Assembly (NCBI RefSeq): GCF_963921235.1
Contig: NC_086108.1
Span: 24,118,001 to 24,182,000 of the forward strand
Direction: 5' to 3'
Length of the DNA stretch: 64,000 bases
Origin: Mobula hypostoma
Taxonomy: Eukaryota
The notes below the pieces were generated by a model that made no database searches, was not told the origin of the DNA, and saw only the letters and a program-made list of their open reading frames with translations. Positions 37,470 to 51,090 of the stretch are shown here, piece after piece. The number at the start of each line of letters is the position of its first letter. Position 1 is the stretch's first letter. The translations under genes and the position numbers were made by a program.

Positions 37470-38290
37470 AAATCACACCAATGTCTTTATTTTCTTTGAA
37501 GGTCAAGAAAGTTTGGCTTGTCATTGAGTATTCCAATGAAGACTGCTGGCTGCACTGAGTCATGGATTCTAGTGAATACATCATGGACACATCCCTCCCC
37601 GCTATGGATAGTATCTATAGGGGGCACTGCCACAAGAAGGTGACATCTGTCATCAGCGAGCCCTACCATGGTCCATGCCATCTTTTTACAGCTACCATTG
37701 GGCAAGAGGTACAGAAACCTGAAGACCTACAGCACCAGCTTCAAGAATAGGTACCTCAACCATTTGGTTCTTGCTGCTTTGATCACCTTGCACTCAAATG
37801 GACTTCATTGTTTGTGTGTTTATTTGTTTATTTATTTATTTATTGACATACAGCATGGGGAATATGCTTTTATGACCCTTCAACCCACACTGCCGAGCAA
37901 TCCACCAAATTAATCATAGCTTAATCATGGGACAATTTAAAATGACCAATTAACCTATCAACCTATATGTCTTTGGTATGTGGGAGGAAACCGGAGTACC
38001 CAGAGGAAACCCAAGCAGTCACAGGGAAATATACAAACTTCTTATAGGCAGCGGTGGGAACTGTACCCAAGTTGCCTGTACAGTAAAGCATTGTGCTAAC
38101 CACTACACTACTGTGCCACCCCAATTGTTCCAATTGTGATTTCTTGCAACACTGTGCATAAGTTATGATTAATGTTTTTCTTGTGAATGCTACTTAGTTG
38201 GTGCCTGTGACACTGCTGCAATAGGTTTTTCATTGTGCCTTTGTATAAATGTAGTTGTGCATGTGACAATAAACTTGACTTTCACTTGAG
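37470..38290 (+). mobile_element. Rex1/Babar 3' fragment with a SINE in its 3' UTR
   Basis: HAIFLQLPLGKRYRNLKTYSTSFKNRY; tail aataaacttgactttcacttga. Confidence 0.7.
37825..38122 (-). mobile_element. V-SINE/HE1-like SINE
   Basis: (TTTA)n tail, gggaggaaaccggagtacccagaggaaaccca core, gtgctaaccactacactactgtgcc head. Confidence 0.78.
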
Positions 38291-38930
38291 TACAGGAGTG
38301 AAGAAACCTTACTGCAGTTCTCTGGGAGCCTGTTGGGAGCATCTGGAGAACTGGGTAAAGTTTTGGTCTCCTTACCCTAATAAGGGCAAACTTACCACGT
38401 AGGGAGTGCTGGGAAGATCCATTAGATTGGTTGGCTCATCAATGAGGAGAGATTGAGCAGAAAGGTATGTATCTCTAAAGCATAGGTTCCCAACTTTTTT
38501 TATTCCATGGACTAATACCATTATAGACCCCAGGTTGGGAACCCCTGCTCGCGAGTTTAATAGAAAGAGGAGAACTGATTAAAAAAAATCACATAACCCT
38601 TTCAAGGCTTGACTGGCTGTATATTTCTCATGATGAAGAGTTGGGAATCAGGGGTTCTTGTCTCAAAATAAGGGGCAGGTCATTTAAGACTGAAATAAGG
38701 AGAAGTCTCTTCACATAGATGTTGGCAAAATCATTGGACTTCTTGACCACAGAGAGTGCAGAGAACCAGTTATAGAGATTGAGGTATTTCTGGAAATTAA
38801 TCAAATCAAGGGGCATAGGAATAGTTAAGAAATGGCACCGAGGTGGAAGGTCAACCATGTTCCTGATGAATAGCAGAGGAGAGGTGAATAACCAATTAAC
38901 CTACTCCTGTTCCTGTTTCCTATGTTTTTA
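38290..38930 (+). mobile_element. Old CR1 3' fragment
   Basis: ttttggtctccttacc and KIRGRSFKTEIRRSLF remnants; 3' UTR cctactcctgttcct. Confidence 0.65.
38481..38547. mobile_element. hAT-Charlie-type MITE (67 bp)
   Basis: TIRs CATAGGTTCCCAAC / GTTGGGAACCCCTG; 8-bp flanks CTCTAAAG / CTCGCGAG. Confidence 0.75.
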
Positions 38931-39179
38931 CAAATAAGACAAATTAGGAATTACTTCACACCAGGAAGTAATTTGTAATCAGAGATTTTAATCATCACCT
39001 TAATTTGATTACAGTAAATGAACACAGGAAAAGATGAAAAGTACATAGGAATATCTTCAGCTGGAGTGCTGTTTGACATGTTTTCGGCCCAGAGAGCAGA
39101 TTCTATCGAAAGCTTCATTTTATACCTGCCAAAAGAGCGAGCTTTCAAATTTTTGGTTCTGTATCAGTCACTCTGGAAT

Positions 39180-40430
39180 TGTTTGTTCATTATGTGCCAT
39201 GTCATATGACGTGGGCGATCATGGCCTTTCCATAACCGTGACTGTTCTTGGTGTTACATACCTCGTGTGTATCTTCTGACTGTCTTATGACCATGATGTA
39301 AATTTCCTGTCAGTGTGGGGTCACATGATGTAACTTTCCTGCCAGTGTGAGGTCATGTGATGGCATGTTCCAACAGGTATATAAAGGGGAAACCCCTGTT
39401 GTCACGCAGTTAGTTCGTCAGTTAATTTGTTAGCTTTGCTGCGTATTTGTCTTATGATGCAGATTCATTTTAAAGTGGAGTTTTCACTTTCTATTGTGAG
39501 GTACAAACACGTTGTACCAGCAGTTTCGCCAATCGCTGCCAGTTCTTGTTTGTTGCATCTTTGTTTTACATTTACAGTCTAGTATTGGAGAGTGAAGACA
39601 TTACCAAATTACGGGAGCCCGAAGGATTGAGTAAAGTTGGTGTCATTCGGCGGTTTTATAATGGTTTGGCCTTATTGACTCTTCGTTCAGGAATAGTGGC
39701 CTGCATTTGAGATAACCCCTGCAAGATCAGGAAGGTTTGTGCAGTGTTCATCCTCCAGGAAAAGGTCAGTTCCTTTAAGCCATTTTATTTCCTTCATCGT
39801 GAATCCTTTGGACAAGGTATCTCTTGGCTAGGATCAGCAGTAATGTCACGTCTTTGAAGAAATAGGTTTTCAGAGAAGTCTCTCCTTACTGACTCTATAA
39901 ATCACGTGAACTTTTGAATTTACCACTTAAAGACTGTGTTTAAATTTACGACTTTAAGAACTATTCCAGAGTTTGGGTGTTTGTTAAATTGCCGTTTAGC
40001 AGTTAACTTCTGGTTAAATTAGTCATTTGTTTACTTTTCACTATTGTTGAGCAGAGTCTAATAAATGTTTATGTTTGTTTATAAAACCTGACTCAATCCT
40101 ATAATTCATTGTTGCCGACCATGTAACATTGGAAGTTTTTCTTTGGAAGTGGTGTGCCATTGCCTCTTCTGGGTAGTGTCTATGCAAGACTGGTGACCCC
40201 GGCCATTATCAATACTCTTCAGAGATTGCCTGGTGTCAATGTTCGTATAACCAGGACATATGATATGCACCAGCTGCTCATATGACCAACCACCACCTGT
40301 TCCCATGGCCTCACATGACCCTGATCCGGGGGCTAAGCAAGTGCTACACCTTCCCCAAAGGTGACCTGTAGGCCAGTGGAGGGGAGAAGCACCTTACACC
40401 CCCTTTGCGAGAGATGTACCTCCACCCTAT
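39180..40430 (-). mobile_element. SINE with BovB/RTE-like 3' end, split by a solo LTR
   Basis: Minus strand cccagaagaggcaatggcacaccacttcc resembles the BovB-type 3' motif; the halves rejoin across the TTGG duplication. Confidence 0.55.
39252..40128 (+). mobile_element. Solo LTR (877 bp)
   Basis: Perfect 8-bp inverted ends TGTTACAT...ATGTAACA, 4-bp TSD TTGG (39248-39251, 40129-40132), TATA box near 39378, AATAAA near 40060. Confidence 0.9.
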
Positions 40431-40778
40431 TACTACCATTCTGCAGTACTATAGCATGAATGGTGCAATGTTGTGCTATGCAGACATAAAAAAGCTGTTT
40501 TCAATTGCAGGCAAGATAGAATTGGTTCATCTTACCAAGAGATTTTTTTGAAATACCAAGAACTCTCATATCATTGTCAGATAGAATGGAAAAAAAATAG
40601 AATTGGACAAGTGCCTAGTGCTACTAGTTCATCTGTAATTCTGTGGGAGAAACACAATGAATAAGTATGAACCAAGGAAACAATAGAGGATGTGGTTTAT
40701 GATGGTCCCATTGGCCAAGGAGCTTGCTGATGTATACAGTAGGATTTCACACCACCTGCTCAGGGCAGGCTTTCTTCA

Positions 40779-41605
40779 TATAACTTTATAACAATTACAG
40801 CACGGAAACAGGCCATCTCGGCCCTTCTAGTCCGTGCTGAACTCCTACTCTCACCTGGTCCCACTGACCTGCACTCACTCAGCCAGTTAGAAGAGTGGGT
40901 GAAAGATGGCAGATGGAGTTTAATGCTGAAAAATGTGAGGTGATACATTTTGGTAGGACTAATCAAAATAGGACATACATGGTAAATGATAGGGCATTGA
41001 AGAAGGCTGTAGAACAGAAGGATCTAGGAATAATCGTGCATAGTTTCCTGAAGATGGAATCTCATGTGGATAGGGTGGTGAAGAAAGCTTTTGGTATGCT
41101 GGCCTTTATTAATCAGAGCATTGAGTATAGGAGTTGGGATGTAATGTTGAAATTGTATAAGGCATTGGTAAGGCCAAATTTAGAGTATTGTGTACAGTTC
41201 TGGTCACCGAATTATAGGAAAGATGTCAATAAAATTGAGAGAGCACAGAGGAGGTTTACCAAAATGTTGCCTGGGTTTCATCTCCTAAGTTACAAAGATA
41301 GGTTGAGCAAGTTAGGTCTTTATTCTTTGGAGCGTAGAAGGTTGAGAGGGGACTTAATAGAGGTGTTTAAAATTATGAGGGGGATTGATAGAGTTGACGT
41401 GGATAGGCTTTTTCCATTGAGAGTGGGAGAGATTCAAATAAGAGGACATGAGTTGAGAGTTAAAGGGCAAAAGTTTAGGGGTAACATGAGGGGGAACTTC
41501 TTTACTCAGAGTGGTGGCTGTGTGGAATGAGCTTCCAGCAGAAGTGGTTGAGGCAGGTTCGATGTTGTCATTTAAAGTTAAATTGGATAGATGTATGGAC
41601 AGGAA
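40779..41605. mobile_element. Young CR1 3' fragment with internal inversion
   Basis: 40779-40884 is the 3' UTR end in minus orientation; 40885-41605 is the upstream ORF2 C-terminus in plus orientation (open frame 40895-41530). Confidence 0.88.
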
Positions 41606-42744
41606 GAGATAGTTTCATCTCCTCACTCCTTTCTGGAGCTATTTTCTTAGCTTGTTTATTGGGACTGTCTCTCAGTAATAGAGAGCCTGCCGCTTGTAGT
41701 GCCCCACAGAGAGAAAAGGGAATATTAAAATGACAATGATATCCTGAATATTCATGAAATCTCTGAAAGAAAAGGATTCACAATCTCATCTTTATCCAAG
41801 ATGCCTGTGCTTATAATCAATGTCAGACCAATTCTTCCACCTACTGACCCTTAACTTGCTGACATACTTCAGATCCTATTTAAGTCATTGTCACAGTGTG
41901 GAAACAGGCACTTCAGCCCAAAGAATCCATGTTAAGCATTACCCACCCACATTAATAGCCAGTTTAAGTTATAGCAAGGGTAAGTTCTCATCCTTGTTTC
42001 CAAATCCCATCACAATTTTGTATCTCTGCTTTCTCAATAATCATTTGCATCCATAGAATCCTTTGAGGGAGCTGTAATCTTGCAGCTCTAGCCATTCTAA
42101 ATCTGCTTTTAAACAGTCATTAAATTTCTCTCTTTGTTCATCTACTCTACTGGGGCATCTTGCTACATTGAAGAGGTTACGTATACTTAGACATCATCCA
42201 TTGCTGCCAATCTTCTGGCAGCTTGGCTTATTTTCTATGAATGGGACTATGTACTGAAATAAGTATTGCCCAAGTACATTGAGCATCATCATGTGTTTTC
42301 CAGTGGTATTATTTTAGAGTGAATGTGCACATTCATACTGCATTTTCAAGAGCATGAAGAAAAAATGCCAGAAACATTCAGCAGGTTGGATAGCATCTGT
42401 GTAATGAGAAACAGAGGTTCTGTTTCATGTCAGGAGTCCTTTGTTAGAAGTTGGAAAGAAAAATTGAAAAAAAAGGTAATCTTAAGTTGCAGAGATGGTA
42501 ATGGGAAGGATGGACATAGCAAAGGGAACCTGTGTTTTTGATGAGTTGCCCATTCTCCATTAATACAGTGTAGCTTGACCTTGTTAGTTATGTCCCATAG
42601 TCCTACTATTGGCAGCACATTAAGCAGATAAGAGAAAAAAATTGCTCTCCAACTGCCTCATTTATGCAGCTGAACTGTTCTCATCCTATCTCAGATATTT
42701 GCTTCATCCTATCCATTCTTCCCACCACTTTCTCTGTAATTGTC

Positions 42745-45700
42745 AGAATCAGATTTATTATCACCTGCATGTGTCATGAAATATGTTAATGTTGTGACTG
42801 CCGTACAATGCAATACATGATAATATAGATAAAGAAGTAAATCAATTACAGTAAGTATATTACAATAACAGTACAGTAACAATTACAGTAAGTACCCTTT
42901 TAAATGTATTAAAATAGTGCAAAAACATAAATAATATATATTATAAAAATGTGAGGTAGTATGCATGGGTTCAATGTCCATTTAGGAATCACATAGCACA
43001 GGGGAAGAAGCTGAGTGTGTGGCTTCAGGCTTCTGTACCTCCTTTGTGATGGTAACAATGAGAAGAGGGCAAGCCCTAGGTGATGGGGGTCCTTAATAAT
43101 GGATGTTGGCTTTCTGACGTACTGCTCCTTGAAGATGTCTTGGATACTACAGATGCTAGTACCCAAGATGTTGTTGACTAATTTTATAACTTCCTGCTGC
43201 TTCTTTTGGTCCTATGGAGTAGAACCCCCACCCCCCCTCCCCACACCAGGCAATGATGCAGCCTATCAGAATGCTCTCCATGGTACATCTGTAGAAATTT
43301 TCGAGTGTTTTAGTTGACAAACCAAATCTCCTCAAACCCTAATGAAATATAGCCACTGTCTTGCCTTCTTTATAACTACATCAATATGTTGGGACCAGAT
43401 TAGAACCTCAGAGATCTTGACACCCAGGAACATGAAATTGCTCACTCTCTCCACTCTGATCACTCTATGAGGATTGGTTTGTGTTCCTTTCTTACCCTTC
43501 CTGAAGTCCACAATCAGCTTTTTCATCTTATTAACATTGAGTGCAAAGTTATTGGTGGAACACCACTAAACTAACTGGTATATCTCGCTCCTCTATGCCC
43601 TCTCATCTCCATCTGAGATTCTACCATCAGCAAATTTATAGATGGCATTTGAACTATACCTAGCCACACAGACATGGGTATAGAGGGATTGGAGCAGTGG
43701 ACTAAGCACATGACCCTGAAGTACGCCAGTGTTGATCATCAGCAAGGAGAAGATATTATCACCAATCCGCACAGATTGTGGCTTTCCAGTTAGTAAGTTG
43801 AGGATCCAATTGTAGAGGGAGGTACAGAGGCCCAGGTTCTGTAGCTTGTCAATCAGGACTGTGGGAATGATGATTAAACATAGAACTATAGTCTATGGAC
43901 AGAATCCCGACATATGTGTTTGTATAGTCCAAGAGATCTAAAGCCGTGTGAAGAGCCATTGAGATTGGATCTGCTATAGACCTATTGTGATGATAGACAA
44001 ATTGCAGTGGGTCCAGGACCTGGCTGAGGCTGTTCATTTGATCCATGACTGACCTCTCAAAGCACTTCATCACTGTAGATGTGAGTGCTATTGGGCAATA
44101 GTCATTAAGGCAGCTTACACTACTCTTCTTTGGCACTGACATAATTGTTGCCTTTTTGAAGCAGGTGGGAACTTCTGACCGCAGCAGTGAGAGGTTGAAA
44201 ATGTCCTTGAATATTCCTGCCAGATGGTTGGCACAAGTTTTCAGAGCCTGACGGGTACTCCATCAGGGCCAGCCACCTTGTGAAGGTTCACCCACTTTAA
44301 AGACAGCCTAACATTGGCCTCAGAGACAGAGATCACAGGGTGACTGGATGCAGCAGGGATCGTCACAGCTGTAGTTATGTTCTCCCTTTCAAAACAGGCA
44401 TAGAAGACGTTGAGCTCATCTTGTAGTGAAGCATTGTTGCCATTCACACTGTTGGGATTTGCTCTGTAAGAGGTAATGTTTTGCAAACTCTGCCAGAATT
44501 AACGTGCATCTGATGTTGCCAACCTCGCTCGGAATTATTTCTTCACTCTTGAAATAGCCCACTGCACGTCATACTCGGTTTTCTTGTACAGACCTGGGTG
44601 GCTTAAATGCTACAGATCTAACCCTCAGCAGACGACGAACCTCCTGGTTCATCCACTGCCTTTGGTTTGGGAATGTACAGCAAGTTTTCGTAGGCACACA
44701 GTCATCCACACAGTTTTTAATGAAGTCGGTAACGACCGCAGCGTAGTCATCTAGATTTGAAGATCCCTGAATACAGTCCATTCCACCTATTCAAAGCAGT
44801 CCTGTAAGTGCTCCTTTGCTTCTCTTGTCCATACCTTCTTGGTCCTCACTACTGGCGCTGCGGTCTTCAGTCTCTCTCTATACTCAGGGAGTAGAAGTAC
44901 AGCCAGGTGATCAGACTTCCTGAAGTGAGGGCATGGAATAGCACTGTAGGCATTCTTGATGGTGGTGTGTTGTTTCCTCTGGTACTACAAGTTATTTGAT
45001 GCTGGTAATTATTTGGTGACTTTTTCCCCCAAAATGATGGTGAAGGCATCAGGGTGTGTTGCTTCGTGCAGGTTGATCCTATTGCTTAGATCAACCAAAA
45101 TCTGCTTGACATTGGCCTGAGGTAGAATGTTCCAAAATGATCGCTGAAATCTTCTGCGGCAGGCAAAATGGACAGCGCTTAATTGTCAGATATTCCAGAT
45201 CTGGTGAGCAGAATTGGGACAACACTGATACATTTGTGCACTCAGAGGAATTGATCATGTGGCATACACCCCCACCTTTGCTTCTGCAAGACTTGACAGT
45301 CCTAGTGAACCCGTCAATCTGAATCGCTGTTTCTGGTTCGGAACGTATTAACCAGGATTCTGTGAAACAAAGGACACAAGCAGTCCTAATGTCCCTTTGA
45401 TACAGCACCCTAGCTCTGAGATCTTCAATTTTATTTACTAGATACTGTATATTTGCCAGCAAGATAGTCGGTATGGGAGTCAACCATCCCCTTTTCTTAA
45501 ATGCACTAGTATTACCTGACCTGCAGCCACATTTCCTATCAGAAAGTTTCTTCTAGCAAGAAGTATGGCCACAATCGGCATTGATTCCATCGGTTTTAAG
45601 CAGCGATAGATTATTCAATCACATCAAGACATCTTTATTAACTGTACAGACCCTGGAAGCAATTGTGATTCTCAGCTGTATCAGGCTGAAAAGGGAACAT

Positions 45701-45760
45701 TTAATCATATCCATCAACCTGTGCTGCACGAGATCGTCATCTTCAAGGTGCCCCGGAAGT
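42745..45760 (-). mobile_element. Near full-length degenerate Rex1/Babar LINE (~3 kb)
   Basis: Endonuclease (ILLAN, LCFTESWL, KGGGVC), RT (AGPDGVP, CLNDYCPIALTSTVMKCFER, DPLQF), C-terminus (KKARQWLYF, LLPSQRRYRSL); tail agaatcagatttatta. Confidence 0.9.
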
Positions 45761-45799
45761 TTAAAAAAAAAACTGTAAGATGCCTTTTTTCCACATCTC

Positions 45800-45925
45800 T
45801 TTCCTCATTCTGATGAAGAATCTCTAACCTAAAACATTAGATGTTTCTCTTTCCACAAGTGCAGTCTGATCTGCTGTTTTCAAAATTTTTCTTTTTATAT
45901 TTCAGATGTTCACCTTCTGCAGATA
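45800..45925 (+). mobile_element. Old Penelope-derived repeat with decayed hammerhead motif
   Basis: CTGATGA-AGAATCTCTAACCT-AAAA-CATT at 45810, followed by the family-type ttccacaagtgcagtctgatctgctg. Confidence 0.55.
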
Positions 45926-46239
45926 TATATATTTACTTTTGTATTAAAATATGATGCATTATTCAAATCCAGACAACAGGGTAATGTTCTCACACTCACT
46001 TAGCAGTGTTTCAATTTCTGGCCCACTAAAAGCATTTTTATTCATTCATGGGAATAAAGCATTCATAGAAATAGGAACACTTTAAAGATTTAGAGATCAG
46101 AATTCATCATTTTTGAAGACATTAGCTTGTAACCAATGAAGTTTTAACTTTTAAAGTCTTGTAGTGTTAAGTCAGTTATTGAAGGCTAAGTTGACCCATT
46201 TCAAATGATTATGTCAACTGATTGAGACAAACAACCTGG

Positions 46240-46785
46240 AAATGCCATGTACAGATCAGATCTATTCACCAAAGGCTACCTTTGCACTAGAAGGAATACA
46301 ATAGAGATTCATCAGATTCACTCCTGGCATAAAAATCCAACATTCAAGACCTTTACCCAATAATGGTAATTAACTAGATCAGGCCTACACTCTGGTAAGA
46401 TTAGAATAGTGAATTTGTTCATATTTCTATCATTTTTTAACAGAAATTTTATGGGTCAATTTGGGTATCACCTTTCCCCTATCTCAGAACTAGGATATAT
46501 TGTTGTATTCTAATGAGTCGACCATTCAGGACAAAGGTGAGAAGAAATTCCTTCATGCAGAGGGTGGTGAATCTTTTAATTCTCGAGCTTGAAGATCTGT
46601 AGAGGCTCAGTCTCATAAGTTCATAAAGAAAGAGAGCAAGGGATGTTTGAATATTAAGGGAATCAGGAGATTTGGGACTTCTGCAGGAATATACTGTAGC
46701 ATTTAAGTAATAGATCAGTCACAATCTTACTGAACGGGGACAAACAAGATGGCCTGCTCCTGCTTCTATTTCTTATATATTCATG
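46240..46785 (+). mobile_element. Old CR1 3' fragment
   Basis: RRNSFMQRVVNL remnant and 3' UTR tggcctgctcctgcttctatttc. Confidence 0.6.
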
Positions 46786-46859
46786 AACCAAAACAGTGGG
46801 AGGACACAGGTAATCCAACTATGCCACTTCACTGCAAGACAATTCCAGTAAGGAAGCAG

Positions 46860-48545
46860 AAAGGAAGGGTCGTGCTAGGTATATATACAATTAGGGAAAA
46901 GATTCTGTTCTCTGAAACCATGGTTGTAGGGTTATATTCCTGACCTGATGCCAGGCTTCAGTATTTTTTCTGGGCTGCAGGGGAATAAATTAAATGAGGG
47001 AGAATCTAGTTGTCATGAGTAACACAGGAATCAACAACATAGTTGGAATTAGAAATGAGGCACACCTGAGAGAGCTTAATGAGCTAAAGACAGAATTAGA
47101 ATACAGGTCCTCAAGGGTAATAATGACAGGTCTATTTCCTGAGCCACATGCTAATCAAGCATGAAGACTGAAGGCAAAAGTTTTTTTTATACTAAAGAGA
47201 AATGAGTTTTGACTAACAAGGCAAAAACTAAGCTTGGACTGTGGCGAGAACCTTTAACTCGTAAGAGAGAAAAGGTTCTCGTCGGGAAAGACAAAAAGTC
47301 AGGGTGAAGGTCATGAAGCAGTAATGTGAAGAACAATAAACAGAATGAGACAGGAAGGGATGGAGAGATAAGATTGATAGTTCAGTGAGAAACAAAGTTC
47401 TTTCAAGAAACACCAAGTTAGAGGTGTTATACCTCAATGCATGCTAATGAGCAGCAAAAAAAGGGACAAGTAATTTAACCTATAGCAGTTACAGAGATTA
47501 GGTTACATGATCCCCAAAGATACAATGTAATAAAGAGAACCAAGTGTATCAAAAGAGTAAAACAATACGAAAGAAAAAATCATAAGGAAGCTGCTCTAAC
47601 TTTATAGAGAAGTCAATAGCAAAAATTAATATGGAACTCTTAGAGACAATCTTCCAGAGATATTATAATGAAGGTTAAAAATACATTGAGATAATAACCA
47701 AATATTTAAATCCATCTTTATTGCAGAAGAAATAAAAGAGGGAAAAAAGAAGTCTTAACTATTGTAACAGATTGAAGTAATGGTTTCTACTGGCGAAGAT
47801 ACACTGGCAAAAAGTAAAGGGGAATTAGAAGCTGACAAATCCCCTGGATCTAGCGGACTGCAAGCCAGGAATCTCAAAAGTAATGTTTGGGGGAGAAAAT
47901 AGACATATTGTTGACAGACAAGTGATTCTTTAGTGATGATTTTCCAAAATTCCCTCACCTCAATTCTGGAAGTTCCAGTAGAGTGGAAGGAGGAAACATA
48001 ACATCACTATTGAAGGAAAGGGGAGAGGAACACAAGGAACTCGAAAGCAGTCAGTCTCACATACAGGTGCTGTGTTGTTACCCATCATTGGGGATAAAGC
48101 GCTGAGAGGATTGCAATAGCAGACTGAATATTGCCTTACCTCTGCAAAATATAAATGGATATTTTATGGATGCAATGAATAGGGTAGAGAAAGTAGCAGC
48201 AATGGATATAAAAGGCATTTGATAAAGTAATGCACGCAAAGCTATTGCAGAAAGTAGGGTCTCAGGGGATTGAGGTTACGTATCAAATTGAATTAAAAAC
48301 TGATTAGCAAATAAAGATTTGGAATGAACAGTTCATCTTTACATTAACAGGCTGATACTGGTAGGGAATCATATATAATTGTGGAGAAGAATTGACCAGT
48401 TGAATATCGATAGAATTTAGAATCAAATGACAAACTCTCAGAGATGGTGATTAGCGATTTAAGCCTGAGAGAGAAATGTTTATCCCAGAGTTGTCAATCT
48501 GCAGAATTCTCTGGCTCTAAGACTGTGGATGCTCCGGCACATGGT
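46860..48545 (+). mobile_element. Old, internally deleted CR1 (ORF1 and ORF2 remnants)
   Basis: Esterase-like GINNI and SSRVIMTGLFPEPHA remnants; ADKSPGSSGL and KAFDKV remnants. Confidence 0.6.
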
Positions 48546-48580
48546 TAGAATGTGACCATCTCCAGCCAGTAATTCTGATA

Positions 48581-48675
48581 AACAACACACACAAAATGCT
48601 GGAGAAACTCAGCAGGCCAGGCAGCATCTATGGAAGAGTATAGTCGACGTTTCAGGCAGAGACCCTTTAGCAGTT
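48581..48675 (-). mobile_element. Penelope-derived short repeat with decayed hammerhead motif
   Basis: Minus strand CTGCTAA-AGGGTCTCTGCCT-GAAA-CGTC-GACTA. Confidence 0.72.
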
Positions 48676-50719
48676 CTGATAAGAATGCTGAATCTTTCCC
48701 TTGCAATGCAGCAGCACAATATTGAGACCAGAGGCAAAATGAATGCGAGGCTCTGATGCACCTGACCTCTCTACTGAAACCAATGGCCGAACACAACGTA
48801 ATTACCCAAGGACTAGATACACTTTACATCCAGTCTCTCAGTCGAATCTATTTGAATGTAGTCACTTCCTTGCTGAAATTTAGGAAAGTGGATTGTTTAT
48901 TTTACCTTATACTATTTAAAAAATACTAACATGCATCTTTAAAAACATAAATCCATTGGTACTGTTTCTATTTTTGAAGACATGCAAAAATGGTTGAACT
49001 AGACATGTATAAGCTGTCAAAAGCCTCAGGGTCAGCGACCGGCAACAGTTGCCACCAACAACCTACTCTACCTTGTGGATTGATTGTGACACTAAAGGCT
49101 TCAGTCATAATAGCTCTGCGGAGTCATAAAATCTAAGCAGGCTCGAGATAAGAGAGCAGCCAATCTTGTCAGATCAAGCTTGATCCAGTCAGCTGGGCAC
49201 ACTAAGACTGAGCAATATAATGTAGAATCATAGAAAACAGAGAAATCTGGTGGGACCTAGGACTGAGACTCTCCTTAAACAATAGAACAGGAAGCCTGAG
49301 AGGCCTCTTCTCATGTTCTTATATCATGATTCATAACTTGCTCTTTACTTCTTATTTAGTGTGTGGGCCTTTATAAACATTATTTTAAAGGTAGAAACAA
49401 GTAATGTTAGTTAACACTTCCTCTGCTTTTGAGGTCTGATTCAATCTAAAGTACACCTACCTCACCTGTCAGTCTAAACATCCCAGCTCAGAAACATGGA
49501 AAAATATTCAGCCTGTTCTACATGTGTGAACAAAATGTAAATCTTGCCAACAGCTTTTACTTATCAAACAACTGTAGCTTTAAAGCATATATGGGGGGAA
49601 ATGAGTTTTCCGATCTTACAAAAGTATCAAAGTTTGAACTGTTTCTTTCAGTAATGACTGATTTTAAAATCTGTCCACCAATATTTAGGGAAAGACTACA
49701 ATTTGTGGTCAAGTTAACCCCATGATATTCATTTGAAAAGTGCAGAATGAAAGTGAAAATAAAAGAAATCATTTTATCACTGAGTCTAACAGTTTATTTG
49801 TCTAGCAAGGAACACAATCAAAGAAACTGCATATCCTTGGTTGGTAATATTTGTAGGGCTGCAGTGATACCATTTTGTTAGCCTCATCAAGACAATACCT
49901 GCAGTTTCCTACCATTTCTACATCTGAAGTCATTTGCTGCAAGTCCCCACTGTTTCAGATGAAAGACATTTAGTTCTGTTCACTATGATATGATTTTACT
50001 TTAATGCATTCCCATCTTTGGCAGGTTTAACAGGAAGCTGACAGCCTCCTCTTTTTTAAAATCTCAAAGCAAATGCACAAAGAAAATGAACAGATTATAA
50101 GGGGTAGACATTGGTTCTGCAACATACTGCTGACAAACAATATCAGGCTGGGTGAATGCAGTACAGCACAAAGCTCTCAGGCACAAAGGCCACAGACATT
50201 GTTTTATCCATGTTGCTGTGAAGAAAAATTTACCTTAATTTCCTGGATCTGGGCTTATATAAGGATGTTTTGCTTTGGGTTGGTTAGACAATAGACATTT
50301 ACTATATTGGGCAAACATTTCCATAAATGGCAGGAATTAACAATGTGACAAGATGATATTTCTATTAGCAAATATTGTAATTAGTTGTGACAATGCAATT
50401 TACAGAATAAAAGTATTTGCTGTCTATATAATATTTCAGGATATTTATTTAAATTTGTTTGAATTTGAAGTGACAAGCAGAAATTGTTAAGGTCAAGTCC
50501 AAATGCAAGACTACAATGAATATCCAGCGCTCAGCTTTCCACTACTCAACCCATCTAGGATAATCAGCTGGCCTGCAAGCTGCTAAACTAACCCAGGGAT
50601 AAGGTTACACTTTCCATGTTGAGCTTGTGATATATTGGAACATCAAGGATTGAAATTAGTCTTGACACTGAGTTTTGGAGTGATCTGGGTGGGATTGTCT
50701 CTGAATAAATTGGAGTGAT

Positions 50720-51090
50720 TATGGAAAGCACCTTACCTTTCCAAAATACAGTGTCTGAAAGTGCTGTTCATGGATATAGAACAGAGATGTCTTCTATTTA
50801 TACAGAGAATCACATCTCAAACAATGGCACAGGTACTGATCTATTTTTGAAATGTGGACACTTCTATGACATGGAGCGAAGTGTGGCAGCCAGTTTGTGC
50901 ACAGCAATGACCAATAAAAAGTGTACTTCAATCAGTGGTCAATTCTGAGTGCTAGAAGCTTACTTCATAATGTCATGAGATTGTTCACGCAGAGCGTGCC
51001 CTCAGTTTTACATTTGACTCATGGGTGGTATCTCCAACAGTGTATTTATGCTTTTAATATAATACTGAACAGAGAGTTAGATTATATTCT
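50720..51090 (-). mobile_element. Old Deu-domain SINE
   Basis: gcagccagtttgtgcacagcaa and tgtcatgagattgttcac resemble the reverse Deu core. Confidence 0.45.

Noticed and set aside
37825..38122. tRNA genes at SINE heads (also 1-32, 18055-18302, 32270-32600)
   Set aside because: Only A/B-box-like remnants attached to SINE bodies; no cloverleaf.
38951..39148. Minus-strand ORF with a plausible acceptor (ttttggcAG near 39126) as another ASTN1 exon
   Set aside because: The translation (YKMKLSIESALWAEN...) matches no part of ASTN1 that I recall.
40895..41530. Intact 211-aa ORF as a functional gene
   Set aside because: It is the C-terminus of CR1 ORF2 in a young truncated copy and lacks the RT core.
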